A program made the position numbers and the translations under genes. The notes beneath the pieces are model-generated. The model was given only the letters and a program-made list of their open reading frames with translations. It did no database searches and was not told where the DNA came from. Positions 1-10,335 of a stretch of DNA of 64,000 nucleotides are shown piece after piece. The stretch is taken from contig CAWEOK010000016.1 in NCBI GenBank assembly GCA_963810645.1, positions 60,280 to 124,279 of the forward strand, given 5' to 3'. Numbering within the stretch: position 1 is the first letter of the stretch; each line of letters begins with the position of its first letter. This DNA comes from an uncultured Solirubrobacterales bacterium (GTDB lineage Bacteria; Actinomycetota; Thermoleophilia; Solirubrobacterales; Solirubrobacteraceae).

Positions 1-1072
1 CCTCGGCAAGCGCCTCCAGAAAGCGCGCGTTCTCCGCAGGCGTGCCGTACGTGACGCGCAAGGCGGGCGTGGGCGAGCCCAGCGCGCGTCCACCGCGCAC
101 GAGTATGCCGCGATCCTCCAGGCCGCGCATAACCGCGGACTCGTCGCGGTCGCCGAGATCGACCCAGCAGAAGTTCGCCTGCGAGTCGGCCACCGTCAGA
201 CCCAGCGCACGCAGGCCCTCGGCGACGGAAACGCGCTCGGCGACTGTGCGCGTCACCCGTTCCAGCACGGCGTCCTGGTGGGCGAGCGCCTCCACGGCGG
301 CGGCCTGGGCGAGGGCGTTGCAGAAGAACGGCTGGCGCACCTGGTCGACCGCGCGGGGGAAATCGTCGGTGCCGCACAGCGCGAAGCCGACGCGCAGACC
401 GCACAGGCCGTGAACCTTCGAGAAGGTGCGCAGCAGCACGAGGTTTGGGTGCCGATCGAGCAGATCAACAGACGCGTCCGGATCGCCCAGCAGGTTGAAC
501 TCGCAGTAGGCCTCGTCGACGATCACGCACACGTGCGGCGGAACCTGCGCGACGAACGCGGCGAGCTCCTTCGGTGGCAGTGCGGTCGAGGTCGGGTTGT
601 TCGGATTGCAGACGATCACCAGGCGCGTGGCGACCGTGATCTCGCGCAGCATCGCCGGCAGGTCGTGGCGCTGAGCGGAGTCGAGCGGGACCGTGATCGC
701 GCGGGCGCCCGAGGCCGCGGACAGGTGCGGGTAGACCGAGAACGACGGCCACGCGTGGACGATCTCCGCGCCGGGCTCGAGCAGCGCCTCGCCGGCCGCG
801 AGCAGGATGTCGCACGAGCCGTTGCCGATCGCAATGCGCGATGCAGGCACCTCGTAGCGGTCGGACAGCCGCTCGCGCAGGACCGAGCTCGACGGGTCGG
901 GATAGCGGTTGAGCGAGGACAGCGCACGATCGATCGCCTCCCGGACAGCCGGCAGGGGCGGATACGGCGACTCGTTGCTGGCCAGGCGCACGAGCGGCGT
1001 CTGCTCGGCGTAGCCCCCGGCGGCGGGGTAGACGGGGATGCGGCGGATGCGCTCTGTGAACTCCAGGGTCAT
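1..1072 (-). CDS. hisC: histidinol-phosphate aminotransferase (PLP, class I/II); 3' end runs off the window
   Basis: My own minus-strand translation from the ATG at 1070-1072 gives MTLEFTERIRRIPVYP...LASNESPYPP...CNPNNPT...RTFSKVHGLCGLRVG (PLP-lysine motif). It is absent from the ORF track because there is no stop inside the window. Confidence 0.85.
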   Translation of the reverse strand, partial: MTLEFTERIRRIPVYPAAGGYAEQTPLVRLASNESPYPPLPAVREAIDRALSSLNRYPDPSSSVLRERLSDRYEVPASRIAIGNGSCDILLAAGEALLEPGAEIVHAWPSFSVYPHLSAASGARAITVPLDSAQRHDLPAMLREITVATRLVIVCNPNNPTSTALPPKELAAFVAQVPPHVCVIVDEAYCEFNLLGDPDASVDLLDRHPNLVLLRTFSKVHGLCGLRVGFALCGTDDFPRAVDQVRQPFFCNALAQAAAVEALAHQDAVLERVTRTVAERVSVAEGLRALGLTVADSQANFCWVDLGDRDESAVMRGLEDRGILVRGGRALGSPTPALRVTYGTPAENARFLEALAE

Positions 1073-1128
1073 GGTGCGCTTATTGTGACGGACCGTCGGC
1101 GCCGTGACCGGCGAGCCTGAGCGTGGCG

Positions 1129-1500
1129 TTACTGCGCGGCCTGTAAGTCGGTGCGCAGCTCGGCGGCGTCGCCGAGGTAGACGTGCCTGGGCTCGTGCTC
1201 GTCATCGGCGTAGTAGTGGATCAGCACCCTGATCACGCGCGGCAGCGCCCGTGGCACCGGTATCTCCCGGGCGCACAAGAGCGGTACGCGCTCGAACCCG
1301 AGCGCCCGGGCGGCAACGGCCGGGAACTCCGCGTTGAGGTCGTTGGTCGCGGTGAAGATGCAGCTGACGACATGATCGGGCGTAAACGCGTTGCGCTCCA
1401 TGATCGCCTGCATCAACTCGGTCGTCGCGTCCAGGATCTCCTGGGAGTCGTTGCGCGGCACGCTGATGGCGCCGCGCAGGGCGAACAATCGTTGGGGCAT
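1129..1500 (-). CDS. aroH: chorismate mutase, AroH (monofunctional, B. subtilis) type
   Basis: From the internal ATG at 1498-1500 the product reads MPQRLFALRGAISVPRNDSQEILDATTELMQAIMERN...CIFTATNDLNAEFPA...RVLIHYY...RHVYLG, collinear with the AroH family as I recall it. Confidence 0.8.
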   Translation of the reverse strand: MPQRLFALRGAISVPRNDSQEILDATTELMQAIMERNAFTPDHVVSCIFTATNDLNAEFPAVAARALGFERVPLLCAREIPVPRALPRVIRVLIHYYADDEHEPRHVYLGDAAELRTDLQAAQ

Positions 1501-1513
1501 CGTGGCGATTGTG

Positions 1514-2218
1514 TCAGAGCGTGCGCAAGCGCTCGACCTCCGCGTCGCCCAGCCGCCGATATGCACCCTGAACAAGACCATCCAGGCGCAGCGGGCCGAA
1601 GGTGGTGCGCTCCAGGGCGAGCACCGGATGACCGACCGCCTCGCACATACGCCGGACCTGGCGGTTGCGGCCCTCGTGGATCGTCAGCTCGATCGAATCC
1701 GATCCCCGCCCACCGATCCGACGCACCTGTGCCGGCGCGGTGAGCCCGTCCTCCAACCGCACCCCGTCGCGTAGCGCTCGCAGCGTGTCCTCGCCAACAG
1801 GTCCGCCACCGACGCGCGCCAGGTAGATCTTGGGCACCTCATAGCGCGGATGGGTCAGCAGGTTGGCGAGCTCGCCGTCGTTGGTCAGCAGGATCAGCCC
1901 GCTGCTGTCGGCGTCCAGGCGCCCGACGGGATACAACCGCAATCCGTCGCTGGGCACGAGCTCGACGACGGTCGGACGGCCATGGGTGTCGCGCGCGGTC
2001 GAGACGACGCCGAGCGGCTTGTTGACGGCGTATACGACCTTCTGCTCGACCCCTGCCAGCGTGTTTCCGTCGACCTCGATGCGGTCGCCCTCCCCAACAT
2101 CGCGCGCCGGGTCGGTCACGACCTCTCCGTTCACGCAAACACGTCCCGCCGCGATCAACGTCTCAGCCGCCCGCCGTGAGGCGACGCCGGCGTGGGCGAG
2201 GTGCTTGGCTAGGCGCAT
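1514..2218 (-). CDS. rluB: rRNA pseudouridine synthase, RsuA/RluB family (S4 domain plus catalytic domain)
   Basis: MRLAKHLAHAGVASRRAAETLIAAGRV.VNG (S4 domain) and GRLDADSSGLILLTNDGELA (catalytic Asp motif). Confidence 0.85.
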   Translation of the reverse strand: MRLAKHLAHAGVASRRAAETLIAAGRVCVNGEVVTDPARDVGEGDRIEVDGNTLAGVEQKVVYAVNKPLGVVSTARDTHGRPTVVELVPSDGLRLYPVGRLDADSSGLILLTNDGELANLLTHPRYEVPKIYLARVGGGPVGEDTLRALRDGVRLEDGLTAPAQVRRIGGRGSDSIELTIHEGRNRQVRRMCEAVGHPVLALERTTFGPLRLDGLVQGAYRRLGDAEVERLRTL

Positions 2219-2875
2219 CTACTCCGGCGTCGGTCCGCCCCCGGCGCGGGCCTCGCCAGCACGCAAAAGCCGTTCGCGCAGCTCGGTCTGCTCCTCGGGG
2301 GTCGGGTCCCAGCGCGCGACGTCGGGGAGCTCCTCCAGCGAGCGCAATCCGAACAGCTTCAAGAACAGCGTGCTCGTGCGATAGAGAACCGCGCCGAACT
2401 GCGAGCGGCCTGCCTCCTCGATCAGCCCGCGCTCCAGCAGCGTGGTCGCGGCCGAGTCGGCGCTGACGCCGCGGATACGCGTGATCTCCGGGCGCGAGAC
2501 GGGCTGCAGGTAGGCGACGATCGCCAGCGTCTCGGCCTGCGCGGGGGTCAGCGTGGCGGTGCGAGGACGGCTGAACAGCCGCCGGGCGGCGTCCTCGGTG
2601 GCGGGGTCGGTCGCGAACGTGTAGCCGCCCGCCAGCTCGCGCAGCACGATTCCGCGCGTGCCGGGCACGTAGCGCTCTGCCAGCTCTCTCAGCGCCATCT
2701 CGATGTCGGCCTCCTCTGCCTGAGCTGCTTCGGCCAGCTCGGTGAGGCTGAGTGGATCGGGCGAGAGAAACAGCAGCGCCTCGATCGTGCTCGCCAGCTC
2801 TGCCCCGTACGCAGAGTCCGCGGAGTCCGCATGCTCCTCCTGGGCCTGGGCGATCGTGTCCAGCGGCGCGTCCAC
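2219..2875 (-). CDS. scpB: segregation and condensation protein B
   Basis: IEALLFLSPDPLSL.ELAEA...GIVLRELAGGYTFAT...LETLAIVAYLQPVSRPEI..IRGV is typical of ScpB. It lies directly downstream of scpA. Confidence 0.85.
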   Translation of the reverse strand: MDAPLDTIAQAQEEHADSADSAYGAELASTIEALLFLSPDPLSLTELAEAAQAEEADIEMALRELAERYVPGTRGIVLRELAGGYTFATDPATEDAARRLFSRPRTATLTPAQAETLAIVAYLQPVSRPEITRIRGVSADSAATTLLERGLIEEAGRSQFGAVLYRTSTLFLKLFGLRSLEELPDVARWDPTPEEQTELRERLLRAGEARAGGGPTPE

Positions 2876-2880
2876 GACGC

Positions 2881-3642
2881 CTATCCTGCCACGGCCGCGA
2901 CCGCAGCGACTGGCCGGGAGCCCACGGCCTCGATCGTGACCTCACCGAAGCTCTCCGGCTGGCGCCAGTCGGCCTCGCCGCGCTTGTACAGCTCCAGCAG
3001 CGCGAACAGCGTGACCGCGACCGTCATGCGGTCGGCGCCCTGGACGGCCTCATCGAACGAAAAGGCGCCACGCCGCAGCAGCCCGCGCAGATGCGCAAGG
3101 CGCTCGGCCACGGTGACGCGCTGGGCGCCGATGTGGCGCAGGCTGATCGTCGGGGGCATCGCCAGCAGCCGTCCGATCGCCTCGCCGAGGACGGCCGGAT
3201 CCTGGGACCCCTCCTCGGGCAAAAGCTCGGTGCGGCGAAGGTGCGCCGGGGGCGGGGATTCGTGAAAGCGCGTCCCGTGCTCGCGTGCGAGCAGCTCCCG
3301 CAGGTGAGTGGCGGCAGAGCGGTAGCGGTGCGCGTCCAGCATCCGTGCGAGCAGCTCCTCGGCGGCCTCCTCCGGCTCCATGTCCAACAGATCGTCCTCG
3401 CCCTCGCCTGCGAGCATCAGCCGGGACTTGAGCTCCAGCAGTGCCGCGATCAGGACAATGAACTCGGTCGCCGTCTCCAGATCGAGCTCGCCACGCGACT
3501 CAAGGTGGTCGAGGTAGGCGAGCACCACGTCGGCGAGCGCCAGCTCGAGCAGGTCGATCTCCTCGCGCAGGATCAGCGTCAGCAGCAGGTCGAACGGCCC
3601 GCTGAACACGTCCAGGTCGAGATCGAGCGTGGCGATGCTCAT
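2881..3642 (-). CDS. scpA: segregation and condensation protein A (kleisin)
   Basis: MSIATLDLDLDVFSGPFDLLLTLILREEIDLLELALADV is the ScpA N-terminal signature. I prefer the internal ATG at 3640-3642, because the maximal ORF would overlap trpS. Confidence 0.85.
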   Translation of the reverse strand: MSIATLDLDLDVFSGPFDLLLTLILREEIDLLELALADVVLAYLDHLESRGELDLETATEFIVLIAALLELKSRLMLAGEGEDDLLDMEPEEAAEELLARMLDAHRYRSAATHLRELLAREHGTRFHESPPPAHLRRTELLPEEGSQDPAVLGEAIGRLLAMPPTISLRHIGAQRVTVAERLAHLRGLLRRGAFSFDEAVQGADRMTVAVTLFALLELYKRGEADWRQPESFGEVTIEAVGSRPVAAVAAVAG

Positions 3643-3659
3643 AGTGCTCACCGTATCGA

Positions 3660-4670
3660 TCACGTCCGACGTGGCGCGCCGACACCCATACACGCGCGCA
3701 CGTCCGCGAGCGTGCGTGACGCGATTACGCGCGCGCGCGTGGCGCCATCGGCGAGCACAGCCTCGAGCGCCGGCTCATCGGCGCGCAGGTCGGTGTAGCG
3801 CTCGCGGACCGGTGTCAGGTACTCGACCACGGCTTGCGCAACCGCGACCTTCAGGTCTCCATACCCGCGGGCGTCGGCCAGATCCGATTCGACCACCTCG
3901 GGCGTGACCGCGCGCGCGACCGCGAGGATCTCGATCAGGTTCGACACGCCCGGCTTGTCATCGGCGCGGCGGATGTCTGAGCCGGAGTCGGTGACGGCGG
4001 ACTTGATCTTCCGCTCGATCGAGCGTGGCTCATCCAGCACATAGACGGTGCCGGCCTGCGAGCCGCCGGTGGTGGACATCTTGCGGGTCGGGTCCTGCAG
4101 GTCCATGATCCGCGCGCCGACCTCGGGAATGCGGTGCTCGGGCACCACGAGCACGTCCGCCCCCTCGCCACCACCGAACCGCGCGTTGAAGCGGCGCGCG
4201 ACGTCGCGCATCAACTCCAGGTGCTCACGCTGATCCTCGCCGACCGGGACCTCGTGCGCGCGATAGGCGAGCACGTCCGCAGCCTGAAGCACCGGATACA
4301 CGAGCAGCCCGGCTGAGACCAGCTCGCGCTGGGCAAGGGACTTGTCGCGGAACTGGTGCATCCGCTGCAGCCGCCCGAGCTCGGTGACCGAGCACAAAAG
4401 CCAGGTCAGCTCGGTGTGCTCGTGTACGTCGCCCTGGCGGAACAGGATGCAGCGCCGCGGGTCCAGTCCCGCCGCGAGCAGCAGGGCGGTCAGGTCATAG
4501 ACGCTCTCGCGCAACCGGGCCGGCTCGTAGGCGACGGTCGTGGCGTGCAGGTCGACGATGCAATAGAGCGCTTCGCCGCGGTCCTGCCCGGCGACGTACT
4601 GGGCGATCGCGCCGATGTAGTTGCCCAGGTGCTTTGAGCCCGTGGGCTGGATGCCGGAAAAGATGCGCAT
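3660..4670 (-). CDS. trpS: tryptophan--tRNA ligase
   Basis: MRIFSGIQPTGSKHLGNYIGA (HIGH-type motif) and KMSTT (KMSKS-type motif). Confidence 0.95.
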   Translation of the reverse strand: MRIFSGIQPTGSKHLGNYIGAIAQYVAGQDRGEALYCIVDLHATTVAYEPARLRESVYDLTALLLAAGLDPRRCILFRQGDVHEHTELTWLLCSVTELGRLQRMHQFRDKSLAQRELVSAGLLVYPVLQAADVLAYRAHEVPVGEDQREHLELMRDVARRFNARFGGGEGADVLVVPEHRIPEVGARIMDLQDPTRKMSTTGGSQAGTVYVLDEPRSIERKIKSAVTDSGSDIRRADDKPGVSNLIEILAVARAVTPEVVESDLADARGYGDLKVAVAQAVVEYLTPVRERYTDLRADEPALEAVLADGATRARVIASRTLADVRACMGVGAPRRT

Positions 4671-6169
4671 CAGAGAGACTGCCGGATCACGGGATGCTTG
4701 GCGGCAGCAACCTCGTCGAGCCGGCGGACCGGTGTCGTGTACGGGGCGTTCTGGGCGAGCGCCGGTCCCTCCGTCGCCGCCTCGCGCAGGATCTGAGCGA
4801 TCGCATCGGCGAACGCGTCGAGCGTCTCGCGAGTCTCAGTCTCGGTCGGCTCGACCATCAGCGCCTCGTCGACGAGCAGGGGGAAGTAGACGGTCGGGGG
4901 GTGAAATCCAAAGTCGAGCAGTCGCTTGGCGAGATCGAGCGTCTTGAGCTCGAGGTTCCGTCTCATCGGGCCGCCCGACAGCACAAACTCGTGCATGCAC
5001 AGATCGCCGTACGCGAGCGGCAGATACTCCGCCACGCCGGCCTCGCGCAGGCGCGCGAGTAGATAGTTGGCGTTCAGCACCGCCGTCTCGGAGGCGTCGC
5101 GCAACCCATCGGCGCCGAGCGAGCAGATATAGGCGTACGCGCGCACGAAGCAGCCGTAGTTGCCGTGAAACCCGCGCAGCCGCCCGATCGACTGCACGCG
5201 ATCTTCGTCCAGGTCGAAGGAGCCGTCGTCGTGGCGCACCACGACCGGAGTCGGCAGGAACGGGGCGATGCGCTCGGACACGGCGATCGGTCCCGAGCCC
5301 GGACCGCCGCCGCCGTGGGGCTGGGTGAAGGACTTGTGCAGGTTGAAGTGGACGATGTCGAACCCCATGTCGCCCGGGCGGGAGATGCCCATGACCGCGT
5401 TCAGGTTGGCGCCGTCGTAGTACAGCGTCGCGCCGACCCCGTGCACAATCGCGGCGATCGTCTCGATGTTCGGATCGAAGATGCCGAGCGTGTTCGGGTT
5501 GGTCAGCATCAGACAGGCGACATCGGTGTCCGCGTGCGCGCGCAGGTCGTCGAGGTCGATCCCGCCGCGGGAGTCGGTCGCGAGCTTGACGACCTCAAGG
5601 CCAGCCATCGTCACCGTTGCCGGGTTGGTTCCGTGCGAGGTGTCTGGCGTCAGAACCCTGCATCGATGCGTCTCGCCCCGTGACTCGTGATATGCGCGCG
5701 TCAGCAGGAGCCCCGCGAGCTCGCCGTGCGACCCGGCCGAGGGTTGCAGCGAGACGTGCGGCAGCCCGGATATCTCAGCCAGCGCGCTCTGCAGCCGGTA
5801 CATCAGCTCCAACGCCCCCTGCGCGCGGGCCGAGTCCTGCAGCGGGTGCAACCGAGCATGCCCGGGCAGCGCCGCCGCGCGCTCGTGCAGACGCGGGTTG
5901 TGCTTCATCGTGCACGACCCGAGCGGATAGAAGCCGGAGTCCAGGTCGTAGTTGCGCTTGGAGATACCGACGTAGTGGCGCACGATCTCGGGCTCCGAGC
6001 ACTCCGGCAGCCGTGGGGACTCGGAACGGCGATAGCGCGCCGGCAACAGCGTCTCGGCGTCCACCTCGGGCACGTCCAGATCGGGGCATACGAACGCCCT
6101 GCGTCCGGGGGCGCCCTTCTCGAAGATCGTCTTGGCGTGGTCACGCTGTTGAGGCGTCTCCGCGATCAT
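4670..6169 (-). CDS. gcvPB: glycine dehydrogenase (decarboxylating) subunit 2
   Basis: Split-type P-protein beta subunit with the PLP region NLHKSF. It has a 4-nt ATGA overlap with gcvPA. Confidence 0.95.
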   Translation of the reverse strand: MIAETPQQRDHAKTIFEKGAPGRRAFVCPDLDVPEVDAETLLPARYRRSESPRLPECSEPEIVRHYVGISKRNYDLDSGFYPLGSCTMKHNPRLHERAAALPGHARLHPLQDSARAQGALELMYRLQSALAEISGLPHVSLQPSAGSHGELAGLLLTRAYHESRGETHRCRVLTPDTSHGTNPATVTMAGLEVVKLATDSRGGIDLDDLRAHADTDVACLMLTNPNTLGIFDPNIETIAAIVHGVGATLYYDGANLNAVMGISRPGDMGFDIVHFNLHKSFTQPHGGGGPGSGPIAVSERIAPFLPTPVVVRHDDGSFDLDEDRVQSIGRLRGFHGNYGCFVRAYAYICSLGADGLRDASETAVLNANYLLARLREAGVAEYLPLAYGDLCMHEFVLSGGPMRRNLELKTLDLAKRLLDFGFHPPTVYFPLLVDEALMVEPTETETRETLDAFADAIAQILREAATEGPALAQNAPYTTPVRRLDEVAAAKHPVIRQSL

Positions 6170-7563
6170 GCGGGCACCACCTGACGCTCCGCCGCCACGG
6201 CCGCGCCGAGAACGTCTGCGAGCCGGTCGATGTCAGCGCGCGTGCGCTGCTCGGTGATCGCGACCAGCAGTCCACCACGATCGTGCTCGCGCCCGCTCAG
6301 CGCCTGGATGTCCACGCCCGGGTTTACGCCCCCACGCGCGCAGCGGGACTTGACGGCGGCCACGTCGGCGTCGAGACGGACCGCGAGCTCGCGGATCACC
6401 GGCTGGGCATGCATCGCTTCAACGCCGTCCAGCGCCGTCAGCGTCTCGCGTGCATAGTGCGCGCGTGCGAGCAGCAGCTCGCCCAGCTCGACGATTCCCC
6501 GCCGGCCGAGCCAGGCCAGATAGACGACACCGGCGAGCGCGTTCAGCGCCTGGGAGGTGCAGATGTTCGAGGTGGCACGCTCGCGGCGGATGTGTTGCTC
6601 GCGGGTCTGCAGCGTCAGCACGAACCCGCGCCGTCCGTCCACGTCCGTGGTCTCCCCCGCGATCCGGCCGGGTATCCGGCGCAGATACTCTTCGCGGGCC
6701 GCGAACAATCCGAACGAGGGCCCGCCGAAGTCCAGACGATTACCGAGCGACTGACCCTCGCCGACGGCCACGTCTACGCCGCATTCCCCCGGCGCCGCCA
6801 GCACGCCGAGCGTGATCGGGTCAACCTGGGCGACGACCACCGGTGCCGCATCCTCGCGGTCAGCGCCATCCCGGGCGGCCGCGCTCAGGGCCGCGGCGTC
6901 CTCGACCGCGCCGTAGAAGTTGGGCTGGGCGAACATCGCGGCGCTCGTATCGGCATCGATCGCCTCCGTCCACGCCTGCACGTCGGTGACCCCATCGACA
7001 AGGGGGACCTCGACGACGGTCATCCCATACCCGCGCGCATACGTGCGCAGGGTCTGAATCGAGTGCGGATGCATCCCGGCGCTGACGACGAGCCGGGTGC
7101 GGCCGTTGTGCAGCTTGGCCAGATAGCCGGCGGCGGCGAGCGCGCTCGGGCCCTCATACACCGAGGCGTTCGACACCGGCAGGCCGGTCAGCTCGCAGAT
7201 CGCGGTCTGGTACTCGAACATGACCTGCAGCCCGCCCTGGCTGATCTCCGGCTGGTAGGGGGTGTACGGGGTCAGGAACTCCGAGCGCTCGGTCAGCATG
7301 TCGATCAGCGCCGGCACATAGTGGTCGTACATGCCCGCGCCCAGGAACGAGATCTCCTGCTCGGCGCTGACGTTGCGCGCGGCCAGCTCGCGCAGGTGCG
7401 CGTACACGTCCTGCTCCCCCATCCCGGCCGGCAGCGCGAGCGCCCGCCCCAGGCGTACGCCCGCGGGGATCTGGCGGTCGAACAGCTCCCGTACGGAGCC
7501 GACGCCGATCGCCTGCAGCATCTGCTGAAGGTCCTGCTCGGTGGTGGCGGTGTAGCGACTCAA
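6166..7563 (-). CDS. gcvPA: glycine dehydrogenase (decarboxylating) subunit 1
   Basis: FLGAGMYDHYVPA...TPYQPEISQG..Q is typical of GcvPA. Confidence 0.95.
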   Translation of the reverse strand: MSRYTATTEQDLQQMLQAIGVGSVRELFDRQIPAGVRLGRALALPAGMGEQDVYAHLRELAARNVSAEQEISFLGAGMYDHYVPALIDMLTERSEFLTPYTPYQPEISQGGLQVMFEYQTAICELTGLPVSNASVYEGPSALAAAGYLAKLHNGRTRLVVSAGMHPHSIQTLRTYARGYGMTVVEVPLVDGVTDVQAWTEAIDADTSAAMFAQPNFYGAVEDAAALSAAARDGADREDAAPVVVAQVDPITLGVLAAPGECGVDVAVGEGQSLGNRLDFGGPSFGLFAAREEYLRRIPGRIAGETTDVDGRRGFVLTLQTREQHIRRERATSNICTSQALNALAGVVYLAWLGRRGIVELGELLLARAHYARETLTALDGVEAMHAQPVIRELAVRLDADVAAVKSRCARGGVNPGVDIQALSGREHDRGGLLVAITEQRTRADIDRLADVLGAAVAAERQVVPA

Positions 7564-7590
7564 GTTCCTGCAGCCAGCCTAGAAGATTGG

Positions 7591-7989
7591 CTACCCACCC
7601 AGCCCGGCGGAATAGGCCTGCGCGTCGAGCAGCGAATCGCGCTCGGACGGGTCGCTGAGCGCGATCCGCACGAGCCAACCCTCGCCGTAGGGGTCCTCGT
7701 TGATCGCCTGAGGATCGTCGGCGAGCGCCTCGTTGACGGCGAGGATCTCCCCCGACAGCGGCGCGACCACGTCGGACACGGCCTTGACCGACTCGACCTC
7801 GGCGTACGGCGCGCCCTGTACGAGCTGCGTGCCGACCGCGGGCGCCTCGAAGAACACGACCTCGCCGAGCGCGTCTTGCGCGTACCAGGTGATCCCCAGC
7901 CTGGCCTCCTCGGGGCTGGCCGGGTCGATGCGCGCCCAGTCGTGCTCGGGGTGATACAGCAACTCGTCTGGATAGCCTGCGTCAGACAT
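7591..7989 (-). CDS. gcvH: glycine cleavage system H protein (lipoyl carrier)
   Basis: From the internal ATG the product reads MSDAGYPDELLYHPEHDWARI...VESVKAVSDV (lipoyl-lysine motif). The maximal ORF start at 8109 lies inside gcvT. Confidence 0.9.
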   Translation of the reverse strand: MSDAGYPDELLYHPEHDWARIDPASPEEARLGITWYAQDALGEVVFFEAPAVGTQLVQGAPYAEVESVKAVSDVVAPLSGEILAVNEALADDPQAINEDPYGEGWLVRIALSDPSERDSLLDAQAYSAGLGG

Positions 7990-9100
7990 CAGGAGCCTTT
8001 CGGTATAGAGGCTTCTCACGGACCACGGCCGGGCGCATCTTGCCACGGACGTCGATCTCGAGACGAGTCCCGACCGTGGCACGTTCGGCGGGCACGTAGG
8101 CGAGGCCAATGCCGACGCCGAGCGAGGGAGACATGGTGCCGCTGGTCACGATCCCACCGCCAGCGATCGGATTGCCGGACCGGGCGATCCCGGGGCCGTC
8201 GATCGTGAACGCGATGAGCTTTTCCTCAGGTCCAGCCTCGCGAACCGCACGCACGGCGTCGGACCCGACAAAGCCCGTGTCCTCGGCGCAACACCAGCCC
8301 AACCCGGCTTCGATCGGCCCGCGTTCGGTGGACAGATCGCATCCGTACAGGTGGTAGCACGCCTCCAACCGCAGCGTGTCCCGTGCCGCCAGTCCCGCGG
8401 GAACCGCACCGCGCCGCGTCAACTCATCCCACAGCGCGGGGGCGTCCGCCGGTGCGAGCAGCAACTCGACGCCGTCCTCACCGGTGTAGCCGGTGCCGCA
8501 CACGAGCATCTGTGCCCCCGCCAGCCGCCGTGTCGCGGCCGTCATCCGGGGAGGCAGTTGGCCGAAACGGGGACTCGCGCCGAAGGCGCGTGTCCCCCGG
8601 CTTCGGTCGTCGGAGATTGCCTGGACCAGTTCCCGCGCGCGCGGACCCTGCACAGCGAGCATCGCGTAGTCATCGATGCGGTCATCCACCTGCACATCGA
8701 ACCCGCCCGCATGCTCGCGAAACCAGGCCAGATCGGAGACATGGTTGGCGGCGTTTGTGACCGTCAGCCAGCGGTCGGCGTCCAGGCGATACGTGAACAG
8801 GTCATCGAGCACGCCTCCGTCCTCGCGGCACATCACCCCGTACTGGGCGCCCCCGACCGGGACCTTCGACAGGTCGTTGCTGATCAACTTCTGCAACAGC
8901 TCGAGCGCTTGCGGACCCGAGGTTTCGATCTCGCCCATGTGCGAGACGTCGAACACACCGACACCGGTGCGCACCGCCATGTGCTCCTCGCGCACACCTG
9001 CGTACTGGACGGGCATCTCCCAACCGGCGAACTCGACCATCCTCGCTTCGGCCGCGACGTGGCGGTCGTACAGGGCGGTGCGGCGCAGGGTGACTGACAC
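7982..9100 (-). CDS. gcvT: aminomethyltransferase (glycine cleavage T protein)
   Basis: RRTALYDRHVAA.A.MVEFAGWEMPVQY...VFDVSHMGEI. Confidence 0.95.
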   Translation of the reverse strand: MSVTLRRTALYDRHVAAEARMVEFAGWEMPVQYAGVREEHMAVRTGVGVFDVSHMGEIETSGPQALELLQKLISNDLSKVPVGGAQYGVMCREDGGVLDDLFTYRLDADRWLTVTNAANHVSDLAWFREHAGGFDVQVDDRIDDYAMLAVQGPRARELVQAISDDRSRGTRAFGASPRFGQLPPRMTAATRRLAGAQMLVCGTGYTGEDGVELLLAPADAPALWDELTRRGAVPAGLAARDTLRLEACYHLYGCDLSTERGPIEAGLGWCCAEDTGFVGSDAVRAVREAGPEEKLIAFTIDGPGIARSGNPIAGGGIVTSGTMSPSLGVGIGLAYVPAERATVGTRLEIDVRGKMRPAVVREKPLYRKAPDV

Positions 9101-9121
9101 CGCGCGCAGGCTATCGAAGGG

Positions 9122-10225
9122 CTATCGCAGGAACGGGGGCACGTCGATGTCGTCGTCGGAGATCTCCAGCGACGAGCGCTGCCTGTCGTCGATCCGGGGG
9201 CTGCGATCCCGTCTCGTTCGGCCCTCCGCCCGCGCGGCCCGGCCGGGACGGTGGTCGAAGCCCGTGCCGATCACGGTCACGCGGACCTCGTCGGACATCG
9301 ACTCGTCGATGACCGCGCCGAAGATGATGTTCGCGTTCGGGTCGGCCGCGTTCTGGATGATCTCCGCGGCGTCGTTGACCTCGAACAGGCCGAGATCCTT
9401 GCCACCGGTGATGTTCAGCAGGATGCCCGTGGCGCCGTCGACCGACTCTTCCAACAGTGGCGAGGAGATCGCCGCCTTCGCGGCCTCGCCGCAGCGGTTC
9501 TCACCGCCCGCCAAACCGATTCCCATCAGGGCCGAGCCGGCGTCGTGCATGATTGTGCGCACGTCGGCGAAGTCGAGGTTGATCAGCCCGGGGATCGTGA
9601 TCAGGTCGGTGATCCCCTGGATACCCTGACGCAGCACGTCGTCGGCCTCTTTGAACGCGTCCAGCATCGAGGTGCGCCGCTCGACGACCGTCAGTAGCTT
9701 CTCGTTCGGGATCACGATCAGCGTGTCAACGACCTCACGCAGCCGCTCGATGCCCTCGGCCGCCTGGCGCCCACGCTGGGAGCCCTCGAACTCGAATGGC
9801 CGTGTGACCACGCCGACGGTCAGCGCGCCGATCTCGTTCTTGGCGATGTCCGCGATCACCGGCGCCGCGCCGGTGCCTGTGCCGCCCCCCTCGCCGGCGG
9901 TGACGAACACCATGTCGGCGCCCTTCAGCGACTCCTTGATGTCATCGCGCGACTCCGAGGCCGCACCCAGGCCGACGTCGGGGTTGGCGCCCGCACCGAG
10001 GCCCTTGGTCAACTCGTGGCCGATGTTCAGCTTCACGTCGGCGTCGCACATCGCAAGCGCCTGGGCATCGGTGTTGGCGGCGATGAACTCCACGCCCCGC
10101 AACCCCGCGTCGACCATCCGGCTGACCGCGTTGGTGCCGCCGCCGCCCACACCCACGACCTTGATCACGGCCAGATAGCTGCCGCCCTGACTCATGCTGC
10201 CGCCACTGCTCGCTGTGCTCTCCAT
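9122..10225 (-). CDS. ftsZ: cell division GTPase FtsZ
   Basis: [15 protein letters not shown] and [13 protein letters not shown] (tubulin signature), with a C-terminal DIDVPPFLR tail. Confidence 0.97.
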   Translation of the reverse strand: MESTASSGGSMSQGGSYLAVIKVVGVGGGGTNAVSRMVDAGLRGVEFIAANTDAQALAMCDADVKLNIGHELTKGLGAGANPDVGLGAASESRDDIKESLKGADMVFVTAGEGGGTGTGAAPVIADIAKNEIGALTVGVVTRPFEFEGSQRGRQAAEGIERLREVVDTLIVIPNEKLLTVVERRTSMLDAFKEADDVLRQGIQGITDLITIPGLINLDFADVRTIMHDAGSALMGIGLAGGENRCGEAAKAAISSPLLEESVDGATGILLNITGGKDLGLFEVNDAAEIIQNAADPNANIIFGAVIDESMSDEVRVTVIGTGFDHRPGRAARAEGRTRRDRSPRIDDRQRSSLEISDDDIDVPPFLR

Positions 10226-10306
10226 GGTTTATGCGGTTCCCGTCCGCAGCCTGCAGTAAGAGTTAAGGGTTCGATCGACACTGTCGGGCGACCCGCTGGA
10301 TTGTGC

Positions 10307-10335
10307 ACGTTATGCAGGGAACTTCGCCCTGTCAA
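10307..10335 (-). promoter_or_regulatory. candidate sigma-A-type promoter for ftsZ
   Basis: The minus strand reads TTGACA, a 17-nt spacer, then TAACGT (TANNNT class). It ends about 80 nt upstream of the ftsZ ATG, in an unusually AT-richer spacer. Confidence 0.35.

Noticed and set aside
5617-8208. 863-aa + strand ORF, the longest + ORF in this part of the window
   Set aside because: It lies entirely antisense to gcvPB, gcvPA, gcvH and gcvT. Its Arg/Ala/Pro/Gly-rich composition is typical of non-coding frames in high-GC DNA, and the opposite strand carries unmistakable conserved enzymes.
9101-9121. Possible glycine riboswitch upstream of gcvT
   Set aside because: Only 21 nt separate the ftsZ stop from the gcvT start, which leaves no room for a tandem glycine aptamer, and I saw no conserved glycine-riboswitch core.
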